A stretch of DNA of 64,000 bases from Paracoccaceae bacterium (GTDB lineage: Bacteria > Pseudomonadota > Alphaproteobacteria > Rhodobacterales > Rhodobacteraceae). Under the pieces are notes generated by a model that ran no database searches, had not been told where the DNA came from, and worked only from the letters and a program-made list of their open reading frames with translations. Both the position numbers and the translations under genes were made by a program. The first letter of the stretch is position 1. The number at the start of each line of letters is the position of its first letter. The stretch spans positions 24 through 64,023 of the forward strand of contig JABSSC010000001.1 in the NCBI GenBank assembly GCA_013214635.1. Direction: 5' to 3'. Below, piece by piece: positions 20,056 to 32,718 of the stretch.

Positions 20056-20912
20056 TGTATCGCACGCGCTTCGCGCCTTCGCCCACCGGGCCGCTCCATT
20101 TGGGCCATGCCTATTCCGCGTCCGTCGCCTACAACCGCGCCAAGGCGCACGATGGGGCGTTTCTGCTGCGCCTCGAAGATGTCGATCGTGCGCGCTCCAA
20201 ACCTGAATGGGCGGCGCAAATTGAAGAGGACCTAACCTGGCTCGACCTGCGATCGGATGAACCGGTCTGGACGCAGTCAGACCACCGGCCCGCGCATGAC
20301 GACGCGCTTAGCACCCTTATCGCACGCGGGTTGGTCTTTCCCTGCAAGTGTCGCCGCGCCGATATTCGCGCCGCAATGTCCGCCCCCCAAGAAGGTGTCG
20401 ATGGCCTGATATACCCCGGCACCTGTCGCAGCAGGGTAATGGACGACTATGAACCGGGCGATGCGTTGCGCCTCAACATGAGCATGGCAATCGCAACTTT
20501 GCCCGATAGGCCATTGGAATACATCGAAAACTGCGGATCACGTCGGGTAATCGAGACCGAGCCCGCGGCGTTGACCAGCTTGGCCGGAGACGTGGTCCTG
20601 GGCCGCCGCGACACAGGCGATATCGCGTATCACCTGGCCGTGGTTGTCGACGATGCGGCGCAAGGGATCACAGAGGTCGTGCGGGGGGAGGACCTTGCGC
20701 CTGCCACGCCGCTCCACGTCCTGTTGCAGCGCCTGCTTGATCTTCCAACGCCCGAATACTTCCATCACCCGCTGGTGCGTGACGATGCTGGAAAACGACT
20801 GGCCAAACGCGACGACGCCCGCGCCATCGCCACCTACCGCGCCGAAGGGCTGACCCCGCAACATGTCATGGACCTGGCCCGTACCGGTGCAGGCCTCACG
20901 ACATCGGCTTAA
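20055..20912 (+). CDS. gluQ: tRNA glutamyl-Q(34) synthetase GluQRS
   Basis: RFAPSPTGPLHLGHAYSA (HIGH motif), a truncated GluRS-like protein of about 285 aa, KLAKRD. Confidence 0.9.
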   Translation: MYRTRFAPSPTGPLHLGHAYSASVAYNRAKAHDGAFLLRLEDVDRARSKPEWAAQIEEDLTWLDLRSDEPVWTQSDHRPAHDDALSTLIARGLVFPCKCRRADIRAAMSAPQEGVDGLIYPGTCRSRVMDDYEPGDALRLNMSMAIATLPDRPLEYIENCGSRRVIETEPAALTSLAGDVVLGRRDTGDIAYHLAVVVDDAAQGITEVVRGEDLAPATPLHVLLQRLLDLPTPEYFHHPLVRDDAGKRLAKRDDARAIATYRAEGLTPQHVMDLARTGAGLTTSA

Positions 20913-21255
20913 GGATCTCGATCTCTTCGTTGTTCTCAAGCGCCGTGTAGAAACAGCTGCGGCGGTTTGTGTGGCAGGCCGCGCCTGTCTGGTTGACCAG
21001 AACAAGGATCGTGTCGCGGTCGCAATCAATCCGCAATTCGACCAATTCCTGGGTATGGCCCGACGTCTCGCCCTTAATCCAGAACGCCTGACGCGACCGC
21101 GACCAATAGGTCACGCGACCGGTTTCAAGCGTCTTTTCCACGGCCTCCTGAGACATCCACGCCATCATCAGCACGTCACCGTTCTCGGCATCCTGTGCAA
21201 TTGTGGGGATCAGACCGTCGGCGTTGTATTTCAACGAATTCGGATCGAACGACAT
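20896..21255 (-). CDS. hisI: phosphoribosyl-AMP cyclohydrolase
   Basis: GLIPTIAQDAENGDVLMMAWMSQEAVEKTLETGRVTYWSRSRQAFWIKGETSGH. Confidence 0.92.
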   Translation of the reverse strand: MSFDPNSLKYNADGLIPTIAQDAENGDVLMMAWMSQEAVEKTLETGRVTYWSRSRQAFWIKGETSGHTQELVELRIDCDRDTILVLVNQTGAACHTNRRSCFYTALENNEEIEILKPMS

Positions 21256-21317
21256 CGGGGACTTTCCTTATCATGCGCGGACGCCTACTTATGTCGGACC
21301 GTTACGGAATGGAAGCC

Positions 21318-21770
21318 ATGTCGGACAGCGACCTGATCAAACTCTACTCCGGCCAGATCCTGGATCTGGCCTCGTCGATCCCACTGACGGATCGGTTAGA
21401 GGCGCCCGACGCAACGGTGGCCAAACGGTCACCCCTTTGTGGGTCCAACGTGGTCGTTGATGTGATCCTCGACGGGGATCGCATCGCGCAGTACGGGCAA
21501 GACGTAAAAGCCTGCGCACTGGGTCAGACGGCCGCGTCAATCCTGGGTCAGAACGTGATTGGGATGTCACGCACTGAGGTGGCAGAGCTTCGCGATGCCG
21601 TCCGCGACATGCTCACCTCCGACGGCCCGGTGCCGCCTGCACCCTTTGAGACGTTCGAAGTCCTGCAGCCTGCCAAATCCTTTCGCAACCGCCACGACTC
21701 CATCCTTCTGGCGCTCAACGCGACGCTTGAGGCGATGGACGCCGCAACCGCCAAAAGCACCTGCGCCTGA
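21318..21770 (+). CDS. iron-sulfur cluster assembly scaffold (NifU/IscU N-terminal-like) protein
   Basis: KRSPLCGSNVVVDV...DVKACALGQTAASIL, conserved Cys pattern. The start is ambiguous, with candidate ATGs at 21273, 21291, 21309 and 21318. Confidence 0.7.
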   Translation: MSDSDLIKLYSGQILDLASSIPLTDRLEAPDATVAKRSPLCGSNVVVDVILDGDRIAQYGQDVKACALGQTAASILGQNVIGMSRTEVAELRDAVRDMLTSDGPVPPAPFETFEVLQPAKSFRNRHDSILLALNATLEAMDAATAKSTCA

Positions 21771-21771
21771 C

Positions 21772-21810
21772 AAAAAAACCGCCGCGCACCCGGGACAGGG
21801 CGGCGGCGGT
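21772..21810 (-). terminator. rho-independent terminator for the minus-strand recG region
   Basis: On the minus strand, ACCGCCGCC...GCGGCGG forms a GC stem followed by TTTTTTT (seen as the A-run 21772-21778 on the plus strand). Confidence 0.5.
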
Positions 21811-21926
21811 CAGTGGCGTATCTGGAACCGATCGTCCGAGGACGTGGGACAGTCAAAATCGCATCGACAGGTTGGGGACAGGATGCGTCGTGATCGGATG
21901 AGCCAGACCGCAGGCAGACGGTAAAG

Positions 21927-22142
21927 CTAGATCAAGCCCGGCAAATGCAGGCCGGCAAGCAGGATCACCACCAGAGAGGCTGCACCAGCGAAATCCTGAA
22001 TCAAGGTCGGGCTGGGCTTGCGAAGAGCGTTTTTGAATTCAACAGGCATGGGGGCGATCCAATTCTTGTTCTCTTGTGTTGCCTCTTTGTTCTCAAATCC
22101 TGACCGCTCTGTAAAGAACTTTTTAAGAACATTCGTGAACAA
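21927..22142 (-). CDS. small hypothetical protein with a C-terminal hydrophobic segment
   Basis: The ORF starts at TTG 22142. An internal ATG at 22049 would give the 40-aa MPVEFKNALRKPSPTLIQDFAGAASLVVILLAGLHLPGLI. No clear SD. Confidence 0.3.
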   Translation of the reverse strand: MFTNVLKKFFTERSGFENKEATQENKNWIAPMPVEFKNALRKPSPTLIQDFAGAASLVVILLAGLHLPGLI

Positions 22143-22158
22143 AAAGCGAAGTCATGGG

Positions 22159-26450
<4,292 letters not shown>

Positions 26451-27158
26451 CTAGCCCGCCGCCGCGAGCAGGTTTTCCTTTGGTTCAGGGTCGCGCAGCA
26501 CATAGCCGCGCCCCCAGACTGTCTCGATATAGTTATCGCCGCCCGTTGCCTGGGACAGCTTCTTGCGCAATTTGCAAATAAAGACATCGATGATCTTCAA
26601 CTCAGGCTCATCCATGCCGCCATAAAGGTGGTTAAGGAACATCTCCTTGGTCAGCGTCGTGCCTTTGCGCAACGACAGCAACTCCAGCATTTGATATTCC
26701 TTGCCGGTCAGATGAACAGGCGTCCCGCCCGCATCCACGGTCTTGGCATCAAGGTTCACTTCGACATGACCGGTGCGAATGATCGACTGTGCATGCCCTT
26801 TGGAGCGGCGGATAATCGCATGAATACGCGCCACCAACTCCTCTCGATGAAACGGCTTGGTCAGATAATCGTCTGCGCCAAATCCAAAGCCTTTGATCTT
26901 GTTCTCGGTATCGTCGGACCCCGACAGAATCAAAATTGGCGTCTCAATCCGGGCAAGGCGTAATTGCCGCAGCACGTCATGGCCGTGCATGTCCGGAAGG
27001 TTAAGATCCAAAAGGATCAAATCGTAATCATAAAGCTTGGCAAGATCGATTCCCTCTTCACCAAGGTCGGTCGCATAGACGTTCAGATTGGCATGGGTCA
27101 GCATCAATTCGATGCTTTTTGAGGTCGTCGGATCGTCTTCTACCAAGAGTACGCGCAT
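26451..27158 (-). CDS. ctrA: cell-cycle response regulator CtrA
   Basis: MRVLLVEDD...[21 protein letters not shown] receiver domain plus an OmpR-type wHTH ending [14 protein letters not shown]. Highly CtrA-like overall. Confidence 0.95.
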   Translation of the reverse strand: MRVLLVEDDPTTSKSIELMLTHANLNVYATDLGEEGIDLAKLYDYDLILLDLNLPDMHGHDVLRQLRLARIETPILILSGSDDTENKIKGFGFGADDYLTKPFHREELVARIHAIIRRSKGHAQSIIRTGHVEVNLDAKTVDAGGTPVHLTGKEYQMLELLSLRKGTTLTKEMFLNHLYGGMDEPELKIIDVFICKLRKKLSQATGGDNYIETVWGRGYVLRDPEPKENLLAAAG

Positions 27159-27189
27159 CTTTTTCTCCGCAAGAAACCGTTCGGTTCCG

Positions 27190-27224
27190 TTAAAAGTGGC
27201 TTACAATGGTTAACCTCACGTTAC
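27190..27224. promoter_or_regulatory. two tandem CtrA-box-like motifs (TTAA-N7-TTAC, twice) upstream of ctrA
   Basis: TTAAaagtggcTTAC (27190-27204) and TTAAcctcacgTTAC (27210-27224). The 20-bp register corresponds to about two helical turns. Confidence 0.45.
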
Positions 27225-27236
27225 CGCACCGGGGGC

Positions 27237-27530
27237 TTAGGAATTTTCAACCTCTGATTGTCTATATCGCTGAACTGCTGTTGCTTTCAAGGCATTTTCG
27301 CCAAATTTTGCAACCGCAGCGTGCCAACCATCAAACTCTTCATCCGACAAAGCGTAAATCTCAAGCGCCTGTGCGCGCGAAATCAAGCCCGCATTAACCG
27401 CTTTGACAACGGCTGCCTTTCGGCTCGCCACCCATCGTCGCGTGCGTGGATTCGGCAGATCGGCCCGCGTCATCGTACTGCCATCTGCAAGTGTCACGGC
27501 CCGTGGGCCATCAATCTTTTTCAGGTACAT
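27237..27530 (-). CDS. sciP: SciP-like small CtrA-associated transcription factor (DUF1153 family)
   Basis: [47 protein letters not shown]...QRYRQ matches my recollection of SciP. Located immediately upstream of ctrA. Confidence 0.7.
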   Translation of the reverse strand: MYLKKIDGPRAVTLADGSTMTRADLPNPRTRRWVASRKAAVVKAVNAGLISRAQALEIYALSDEEFDGWHAAVAKFGENALKATAVQRYRQSEVENS

Positions 27531-27661
27531 GGTCTCACCCTTTGTTTCCCCGACGCGCACCATGCACGCATCTGAGTTACCCAAGCGTTGAGCCCCCCCT
27601 TGTGAGTAGGTCGCATTTTCCTATATTTCAGCGCATTCCGGAAACCATCAGGACGCGGCCC

Positions 27662-28807
27662 ATGGCCCTCGACACATCGCATCCCGTCAATTCGCTTGGC
27701 TTTGCCAAGCCTCCGTCCGAGACTCGTGTGGTCGTCGCCATGTCCGGTGGCGTCGACAGCTCTGTCGTGGCCGCGATGCTCAAGCGTGAGGGGTATGATG
27801 TCGTGGGCGTCACGCTCCAGCTCTACGACCACGGCGCGGCGCTGGCCAAAAAGGGCGCCTGCTGCGCGGGGATCGACATTCACGATGCGCGCCGCGTGGC
27901 CGAAGAGATGGGCTTCCCCCACTACGTGCTGGATTATGAGAACATCTTTCGTGAGGCGGTGATCGACGAATTTGCCGACAGCTATCTCGCGGGGGCCACG
28001 CCCGTGCCATGCATCCGCTGCAACGAACGTGTGAAATTCAAAGACCTGCTTGAGACGGCCAAGGATCTTGAGGCCGATTGCATGGCGACAGGCCACTATA
28101 TCCAACGCATGGGCGACGCGACCGGCGCTGAACTCCACCGCGCCGCTGACGCCTCACGCGATCAATCCTATTTCCTGTTCTCAACCACACAACAGCAGCT
28201 CGACTTCCTGCGTTTTCCGCTGGGCCACCTGCCCTCCAAGGACGACACCCGTCGTCTGGCGGCGGAGTTCGGGTTAGTCGTGGCAGACAAGCCCGACAGT
28301 CAGGACATCTGCTTTGTGCCGGGCGGCGACTATGCCAGTGTGATCGAGAAACTCCGCCCAGGTGCGGCGGATCCCGGCGACATCGTTCATGCCGATGGCC
28401 GGGTCCTTGGTCACCATGACGGTGTCATTCACTACACCATCGGTCAGCGCCGCGGACTTGGCATCGGCGGGCTGAATGAGCCACTTTACGTCGTCAAACT
28501 CGACGTCGAGGCGCGCAAAGTCATCGTCGGCCCGAAAGAGATGTTGGCGACCCGCACCGTTCCCGTGCGCGAAATCAACTGGCTGGGTGACACGGGCCTT
28601 ACCCCCGGTATAGAAATCCCGCTGTCGGTCAAAGTCCGCTCAACCCGCCCCCCGCGCGAGGCGATCTTGCGTCCCACGGGCCTCGATACAGCAGAGGTTG
28701 ACCTCCTGACCCCCGAAGAAGGCGTCAGCCCCGGTCAGGCCTGCGTGTTCTATGAAACCGAGGGGACCCGCGTATTGGGCGGCGGCTGGATCTGGCGCGG
28801 GGACTGA
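27662..28807 (+). CDS. mnmA: tRNA 2-thiouridine(34) synthase MnmA
   Basis: [15 protein letters not shown]-loop, CIRCN, DQSYFL. Confidence 0.93.
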   Translation: MALDTSHPVNSLGFAKPPSETRVVVAMSGGVDSSVVAAMLKREGYDVVGVTLQLYDHGAALAKKGACCAGIDIHDARRVAEEMGFPHYVLDYENIFREAVIDEFADSYLAGATPVPCIRCNERVKFKDLLETAKDLEADCMATGHYIQRMGDATGAELHRAADASRDQSYFLFSTTQQQLDFLRFPLGHLPSKDDTRRLAAEFGLVVADKPDSQDICFVPGGDYASVIEKLRPGAADPGDIVHADGRVLGHHDGVIHYTIGQRRGLGIGGLNEPLYVVKLDVEARKVIVGPKEMLATRTVPVREINWLGDTGLTPGIEIPLSVKVRSTRPPREAILRPTGLDTAEVDLLTPEEGVSPGQACVFYETEGTRVLGGGWIWRGD

Positions 28808-28861
28808 CCCCGCGTCTTCATTGGTCCAAAAATACCTAAATCCCACCTTGGCGGTTGGCAC

Positions 28862-30028
28862 CTAACCCAGACCATCCAGAACCGCCCGCGCGGCCCTCAG
28901 CCCCGGCGCTTCTCCCCCGCGCCCCAACTGGCGTAGAGTTTCGTCCATCGCCTCCACCTGCAATGCGCGGCGCTCTGATTTTGGATCCGCCAAAGCGTTC
29001 AGCGCGTTCGCAATATCCGCGGGCTTGCAGTTCGGCCCGAGGAATTCGGGCACGGTGCGGCTCTGGGCCACAAGGTTCACCAGCGTCACGGTATCAATCT
29101 TCACCATCCGGCTCAGGATCTGCCAACTGAACCAGTTCATGTCATAGGCGATCACCATAGGTGTCCGCGTTGCGGCCAGTTCAAGCGACACCGTTCCGGA
29201 CGCTGCCAGCGCCACGTGACCGGTGGCAAAAAGCGCGCGTTTGCGCGCTGCGGCGCGGTCGTCAGACATGCCACGCGGGTCCAGAACGACCGGGTTGCCG
29301 GGCCAGGTGCGGATCAGGTCCTGCACGGCACTGGCCATGGGGGCGACGGCAGGCACCACAACGCGCATATCCGGCGTGCGGGCCAGAACCGGCCGAAGGC
29401 TTTCACCAAAGGTTGGGGCAAGCCGCTCTACCTCCGACCGGCGCGAGCCCGGCAAGATCACCGCGACCGGCGCGTCTCCAAGGTCCAGCTCCGCCCGCAA
29501 ATCGGCCATTTCCGCCGCCGTGGGCTCGGGCTCCGCCGCGATCGGGTGCCCCACGAAGTCGCAACGCATACCAGCGGCTTCCATAAACGGCGGCTCAAAC
29601 GGCAAGAGCGCAAGAACCTGATCGACGACTTTCGCCATTTTCGCGGCGCGTCCTTCGCGCCAGGCCCAGACCGACGGCGCCACATAATGCACCGTCCTGA
29701 CCCGCCGCTTGGCGCGGACACGGCGCGCCACACGCAAACAGAAATCCGGACTGTCGATGGTAATCAAAACATCAGGGGCCGTTTCAATCACGGCCTCCGC
29801 CGTTTCCTCGATCCGCCGCATTAAACTTCGGTAGCGCGGCAGAACCTCGGCAATCCCCATAACTGACAATTCGGTCATATCAAACCGGCTGACCAAGCCC
29901 TGCGCGGTCATCGCGTCCCCGCCGATGCCGTCAAAACTGACCTCCGGGCGCAGGGTCTTCAGCCCATCCATCAACGCGCCGCCCAGCCTGTCGCCCGACG
30001 GCTCGCCCGCGATCAGAAAAACGCGCAT
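28862..30028 (-). CDS. lpxB: lipid-A-disaccharide synthase
   Basis: MRVFLIAGEPSGDRLGG N-terminus. 388 aa. Sits in the lpx cluster. Confidence 0.92.
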   Translation of the reverse strand: MRVFLIAGEPSGDRLGGALMDGLKTLRPEVSFDGIGGDAMTAQGLVSRFDMTELSVMGIAEVLPRYRSLMRRIEETAEAVIETAPDVLITIDSPDFCLRVARRVRAKRRVRTVHYVAPSVWAWREGRAAKMAKVVDQVLALLPFEPPFMEAAGMRCDFVGHPIAAEPEPTAAEMADLRAELDLGDAPVAVILPGSRRSEVERLAPTFGESLRPVLARTPDMRVVVPAVAPMASAVQDLIRTWPGNPVVLDPRGMSDDRAAARKRALFATGHVALAASGTVSLELAATRTPMVIAYDMNWFSWQILSRMVKIDTVTLVNLVAQSRTVPEFLGPNCKPADIANALNALADPKSERRALQVEAMDETLRQLGRGGEAPGLRAARAVLDGLG

Positions 30029-30837
30029 CAGGCCGTGGTCTCCGGCGCGCGCACCCAGAGAAAAAGACCGCTCCGGGTCAGTTCGGCGGCAACCTCATCC
30101 GCATCCAGAACCATGACGCCACCCGCCTCGATCACGATACCGTCGAGCCCGGCTTCTGCCGCGCGCATCACGGTCTGGGGGCCAATCGCAGGTAAATCGA
30201 TGCGCCGGTCCTGATCGGGCTTTGGTGCTTTGAAAAGGATGCCACCGCGCACCCCGTCCCGCTGTCCGGCCAGAGCCGACAACATCGCATCCGTCCCGGG
30301 CATGGCTTCGATGGCAAGCGCCTGACCTTTATGCACGACACAAGCCTGCCCGACATCGATCCGGCCCATGGCTGCAACGATTTCGGCACCGCGCGCGGCA
30401 TCCCGCTCGGCTGACGCAACCGACGCAGTTGGCGCGGGCAACAAGTCCGGCGCGATCTCTGCCGCGCCAACCACCGCAATCCCGGCCTCTTCAAAAAATC
30501 CGATCACCGCGCGCAGCGCCGCATCATCGCCCGCCTGGAGTGCCGCCATCATGCGGGGGACAAGCGGCATCGTGGCCGGATCAAGCGCCGTGGGGTCCAG
30601 CGGCGGGCGTTGAATGGAGCCGGCGAAACACAGCGTGGTCACCCCAAGCGCCTGCAACTCGGCAATCAGGCTGCCCAATCGTTCGATCCGAAACGCCTCC
30701 CGCGACTGCGCACCGGACAGGTCGGGTGCGGTTGGGAAGCCTTCAAGCTCTCTTAAGTGATACCCCTCGCCCCGGGCACGCAGAACTGCGTCAAGGTGTT
30801 CAGGCAAAGCGCCCTGCCCGGCGATCAGCGCCAGCAT
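30028..30837 (-). CDS. lpxI: UDP-2,3-diacylglucosamine diphosphatase LpxI (DUF1009)
   Basis: MLALIAGQGALP N-terminus. Positioned between lpxA and lpxB, as is typical in alphaproteobacteria. Confidence 0.8.
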   Translation of the reverse strand: MLALIAGQGALPEHLDAVLRARGEGYHLRELEGFPTAPDLSGAQSREAFRIERLGSLIAELQALGVTTLCFAGSIQRPPLDPTALDPATMPLVPRMMAALQAGDDAALRAVIGFFEEAGIAVVGAAEIAPDLLPAPTASVASAERDAARGAEIVAAMGRIDVGQACVVHKGQALAIEAMPGTDAMLSALAGQRDGVRGGILFKAPKPDQDRRIDLPAIGPQTVMRAAEAGLDGIVIEAGGVMVLDADEVAAELTRSGLFLWVRAPETTA

Positions 30838-30841
30838 CGCC

Positions 30842-31639
30842 CTAGCCCGGCGTCAGGAACGAGCGATCACTCTCGCTCAGGATAAAGTCGAGGATGTCCT
30901 GAACATGCTCCCCGTGCTCAGCCTCGGCCAGCGCGCGCGCCTTGTCGAGGAACGTGCCCTCTGGCGCGGACAAACGCGAAAACGCGTTGCGCAACTCTGC
31001 AATCGCCTCGCGCGACAAACCACGCCGTTTGAGCCCCACAAGGTTCAAACCATCAAGCTGTCCCCGTGGTCCCTGCACAAGGCCATAAGGAATGACGTCG
31101 TTGGTAACCATCGTCACCGCACCGATGATGGCCCCCTTGCCGATCCGTACGAACTGATGAATGCCCGACAGGCCTCCGATGATAACATCGTCTTCGATGA
31201 TGCAGTGCCCGGCCAGCGCCACGTGATTGGCCATCACCACGCGGTTGCCCAACTGGACATCATGCCCCACATGGCTGCCCATCATAAACAGGTTGTCGTC
31301 GCCCACGCGCGTCACACCACCGCCGCCCTCGGTGCCCGTGTTCATCGTGACGCCTTCGCGGATGCGGTTGCGCGCGCCGACAATCAGCTCGGTCTCTTCG
31401 CCCTTGAACTTAAGATCCTGCGGGATTTCCCCTATTACGGCTCCGGGATAGATAACCGTGTCTTCGCCCACCGATGTCCGCCCGGTCACCACCGCGTGGC
31501 TTTTGAGGTGCACACCGGATGCCAAAGACACCTCAGAGCCAACAATCGAAAAAGGGCCGACGATTGCACCTGCGGCAATTCTAGCCCCGTCTTCGATAAC
31601 GGCAGAGGCGTGGATATGAACGTCAGGGGATACCGTCAC
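30842..31639 (-). CDS. lpxA: acyl-ACP--UDP-N-acetylglucosamine O-acyltransferase
   Basis: Hexapeptide repeats, MMGSHVGHDVQLGN, 265 aa. Confidence 0.93.
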   Translation of the reverse strand: MTVSPDVHIHASAVIEDGARIAAGAIVGPFSIVGSEVSLASGVHLKSHAVVTGRTSVGEDTVIYPGAVIGEIPQDLKFKGEETELIVGARNRIREGVTMNTGTEGGGGVTRVGDDNLFMMGSHVGHDVQLGNRVVMANHVALAGHCIIEDDVIIGGLSGIHQFVRIGKGAIIGAVTMVTNDVIPYGLVQGPRGQLDGLNLVGLKRRGLSREAIAELRNAFSRLSAPEGTFLDKARALAEAEHGEHVQDILDFILSESDRSFLTPG

Positions 31640-31644
31640 GCGCG

Positions 31645-32103
31645 TCAGCCCTTTGGAAGGTCCATCATCGCGGTGAACTCTGCCTCGCAGGCAAGCTCAC
31701 CTTCTACCGTGGCCCGGCCCGCAAATTTCCAGACCTTGCCGCCACCGCGTTTCGTCTCGATCTCCATCCGCAACGTGTCGCCCGGCCCAACCTTGCGCCG
31801 GAATTTGCAGCTGTCGATCGCCATGAAATAGACCAGCGTGTTCGTGTCAGCGAGGTTCTTGTCCACACCCACCATAACGGCTGCCGTCTGGGCCATCGCC
31901 TCGACCATAAGAACGCCCGGAAAGACCGGTGTTCCGGGGAAATGCCCGGTGAACTGCGGTTCGTTCATCGTGACGTTCTTGATCCCGACACAGGCTTCGG
32001 CCCCGCGAATATCAATGACCTTGTCTACCAGCAGGAACGGATACCGGTGCGGGATAATCCGTTGAATGAGATCGATATCGGCCACCGCGAGGTCTTCACT
32101 CAT
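31645..32103 (-). CDS. fabZ: 3-hydroxyacyl-ACP dehydratase FabZ
   Basis: [13 protein letters not shown]...[11 protein letters not shown]...[11 protein letters not shown]. Confidence 0.93.
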   Translation of the reverse strand: MSEDLAVADIDLIQRIIPHRYPFLLVDKVIDIRGAEACVGIKNVTMNEPQFTGHFPGTPVFPGVLMVEAMAQTAAVMVGVDKNLADTNTLVYFMAIDSCKFRRKVGPGDTLRMEIETKRGGGKVWKFAGRATVEGELACEAEFTAMMDLPKG

Positions 32104-32166
32104 GTCACCGGTCCTTTTTCTTGATGTCTTGGGTCTGGGTAACAACGGGGCCGATGCGGCACAAGG

Positions 32167-32718
32167 CTATTGATTGCCGTCACCGTCTTCCGCTGGCTGG
32201 AGCGTTGCATTGACGCGCTCAATCGCCTCTTCGGTGATATCGATCTGATCGGCAGACAGAAACACGTCACGCAGATCTAACACGATCACCGCACCACGTT
32301 CACGCACGATGCTCGACAGGACGTCCCCGACTTCGGCAAAAAACTCCTGACGCACCTCATCTCGCTGCGCGCCAAAGGCGACTGCCTTGCGGTTTTGCTC
32401 GGCCCGGATGGCCTGGACCTTCTGATCAAAGGCGTCCGCGGCTGCGGCAAACTCATCTGCGGGCATGCTTTCGCGGGTTTCTGCCAAAAGGCGTTCTTCG
32501 GTGGCAAGTTCTGCCTCGATACGCCGGTTCTCGGCTGCAAGCTCAGCCGCGGCGGCCTCAAGCGCCTGCGCCCGATCCGCACCTGCGCGGGTCTGTTCAA
32601 ACAACCGATCCTGATCGATGGTCAGTATCGGTGAGAACAACACGTCACGCGTCTGCGCGTCCGCCGCCCCCGCGGCCACCAAGGCGCCAAGAGCAAAGGC
32701 GGACAAGAGCCACCGCAT
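32167..32718 (-). CDS. OmpH/Skp family periplasmic chaperone
   Basis: Signal peptide, coiled-coil Ala/Glu/Gln-rich 183-aa protein directly downstream of bamA. Confidence 0.85.
   Translation of the reverse strand: MRWLLSAFALGALVAAGAADAQTRDVLFSPILTIDQDRLFEQTRAGADRAQALEAAAAELAAENRRIEAELATEERLLAETRESMPADEFAAAADAFDQKVQAIRAEQNRKAVAFGAQRDEVRQEFFAEVGDVLSSIVRERGAVIVLDLRDVFLSADQIDITEEAIERVNATLQPAEDGDGNQ

Noticed and set aside
27577-27591. TTACccaagcgTTGA as a CtrA box upstream of the sciP-like gene
   Set aside because: It has two mismatches to TTAA-N7-TTAA, which is too weak to call without binding data.
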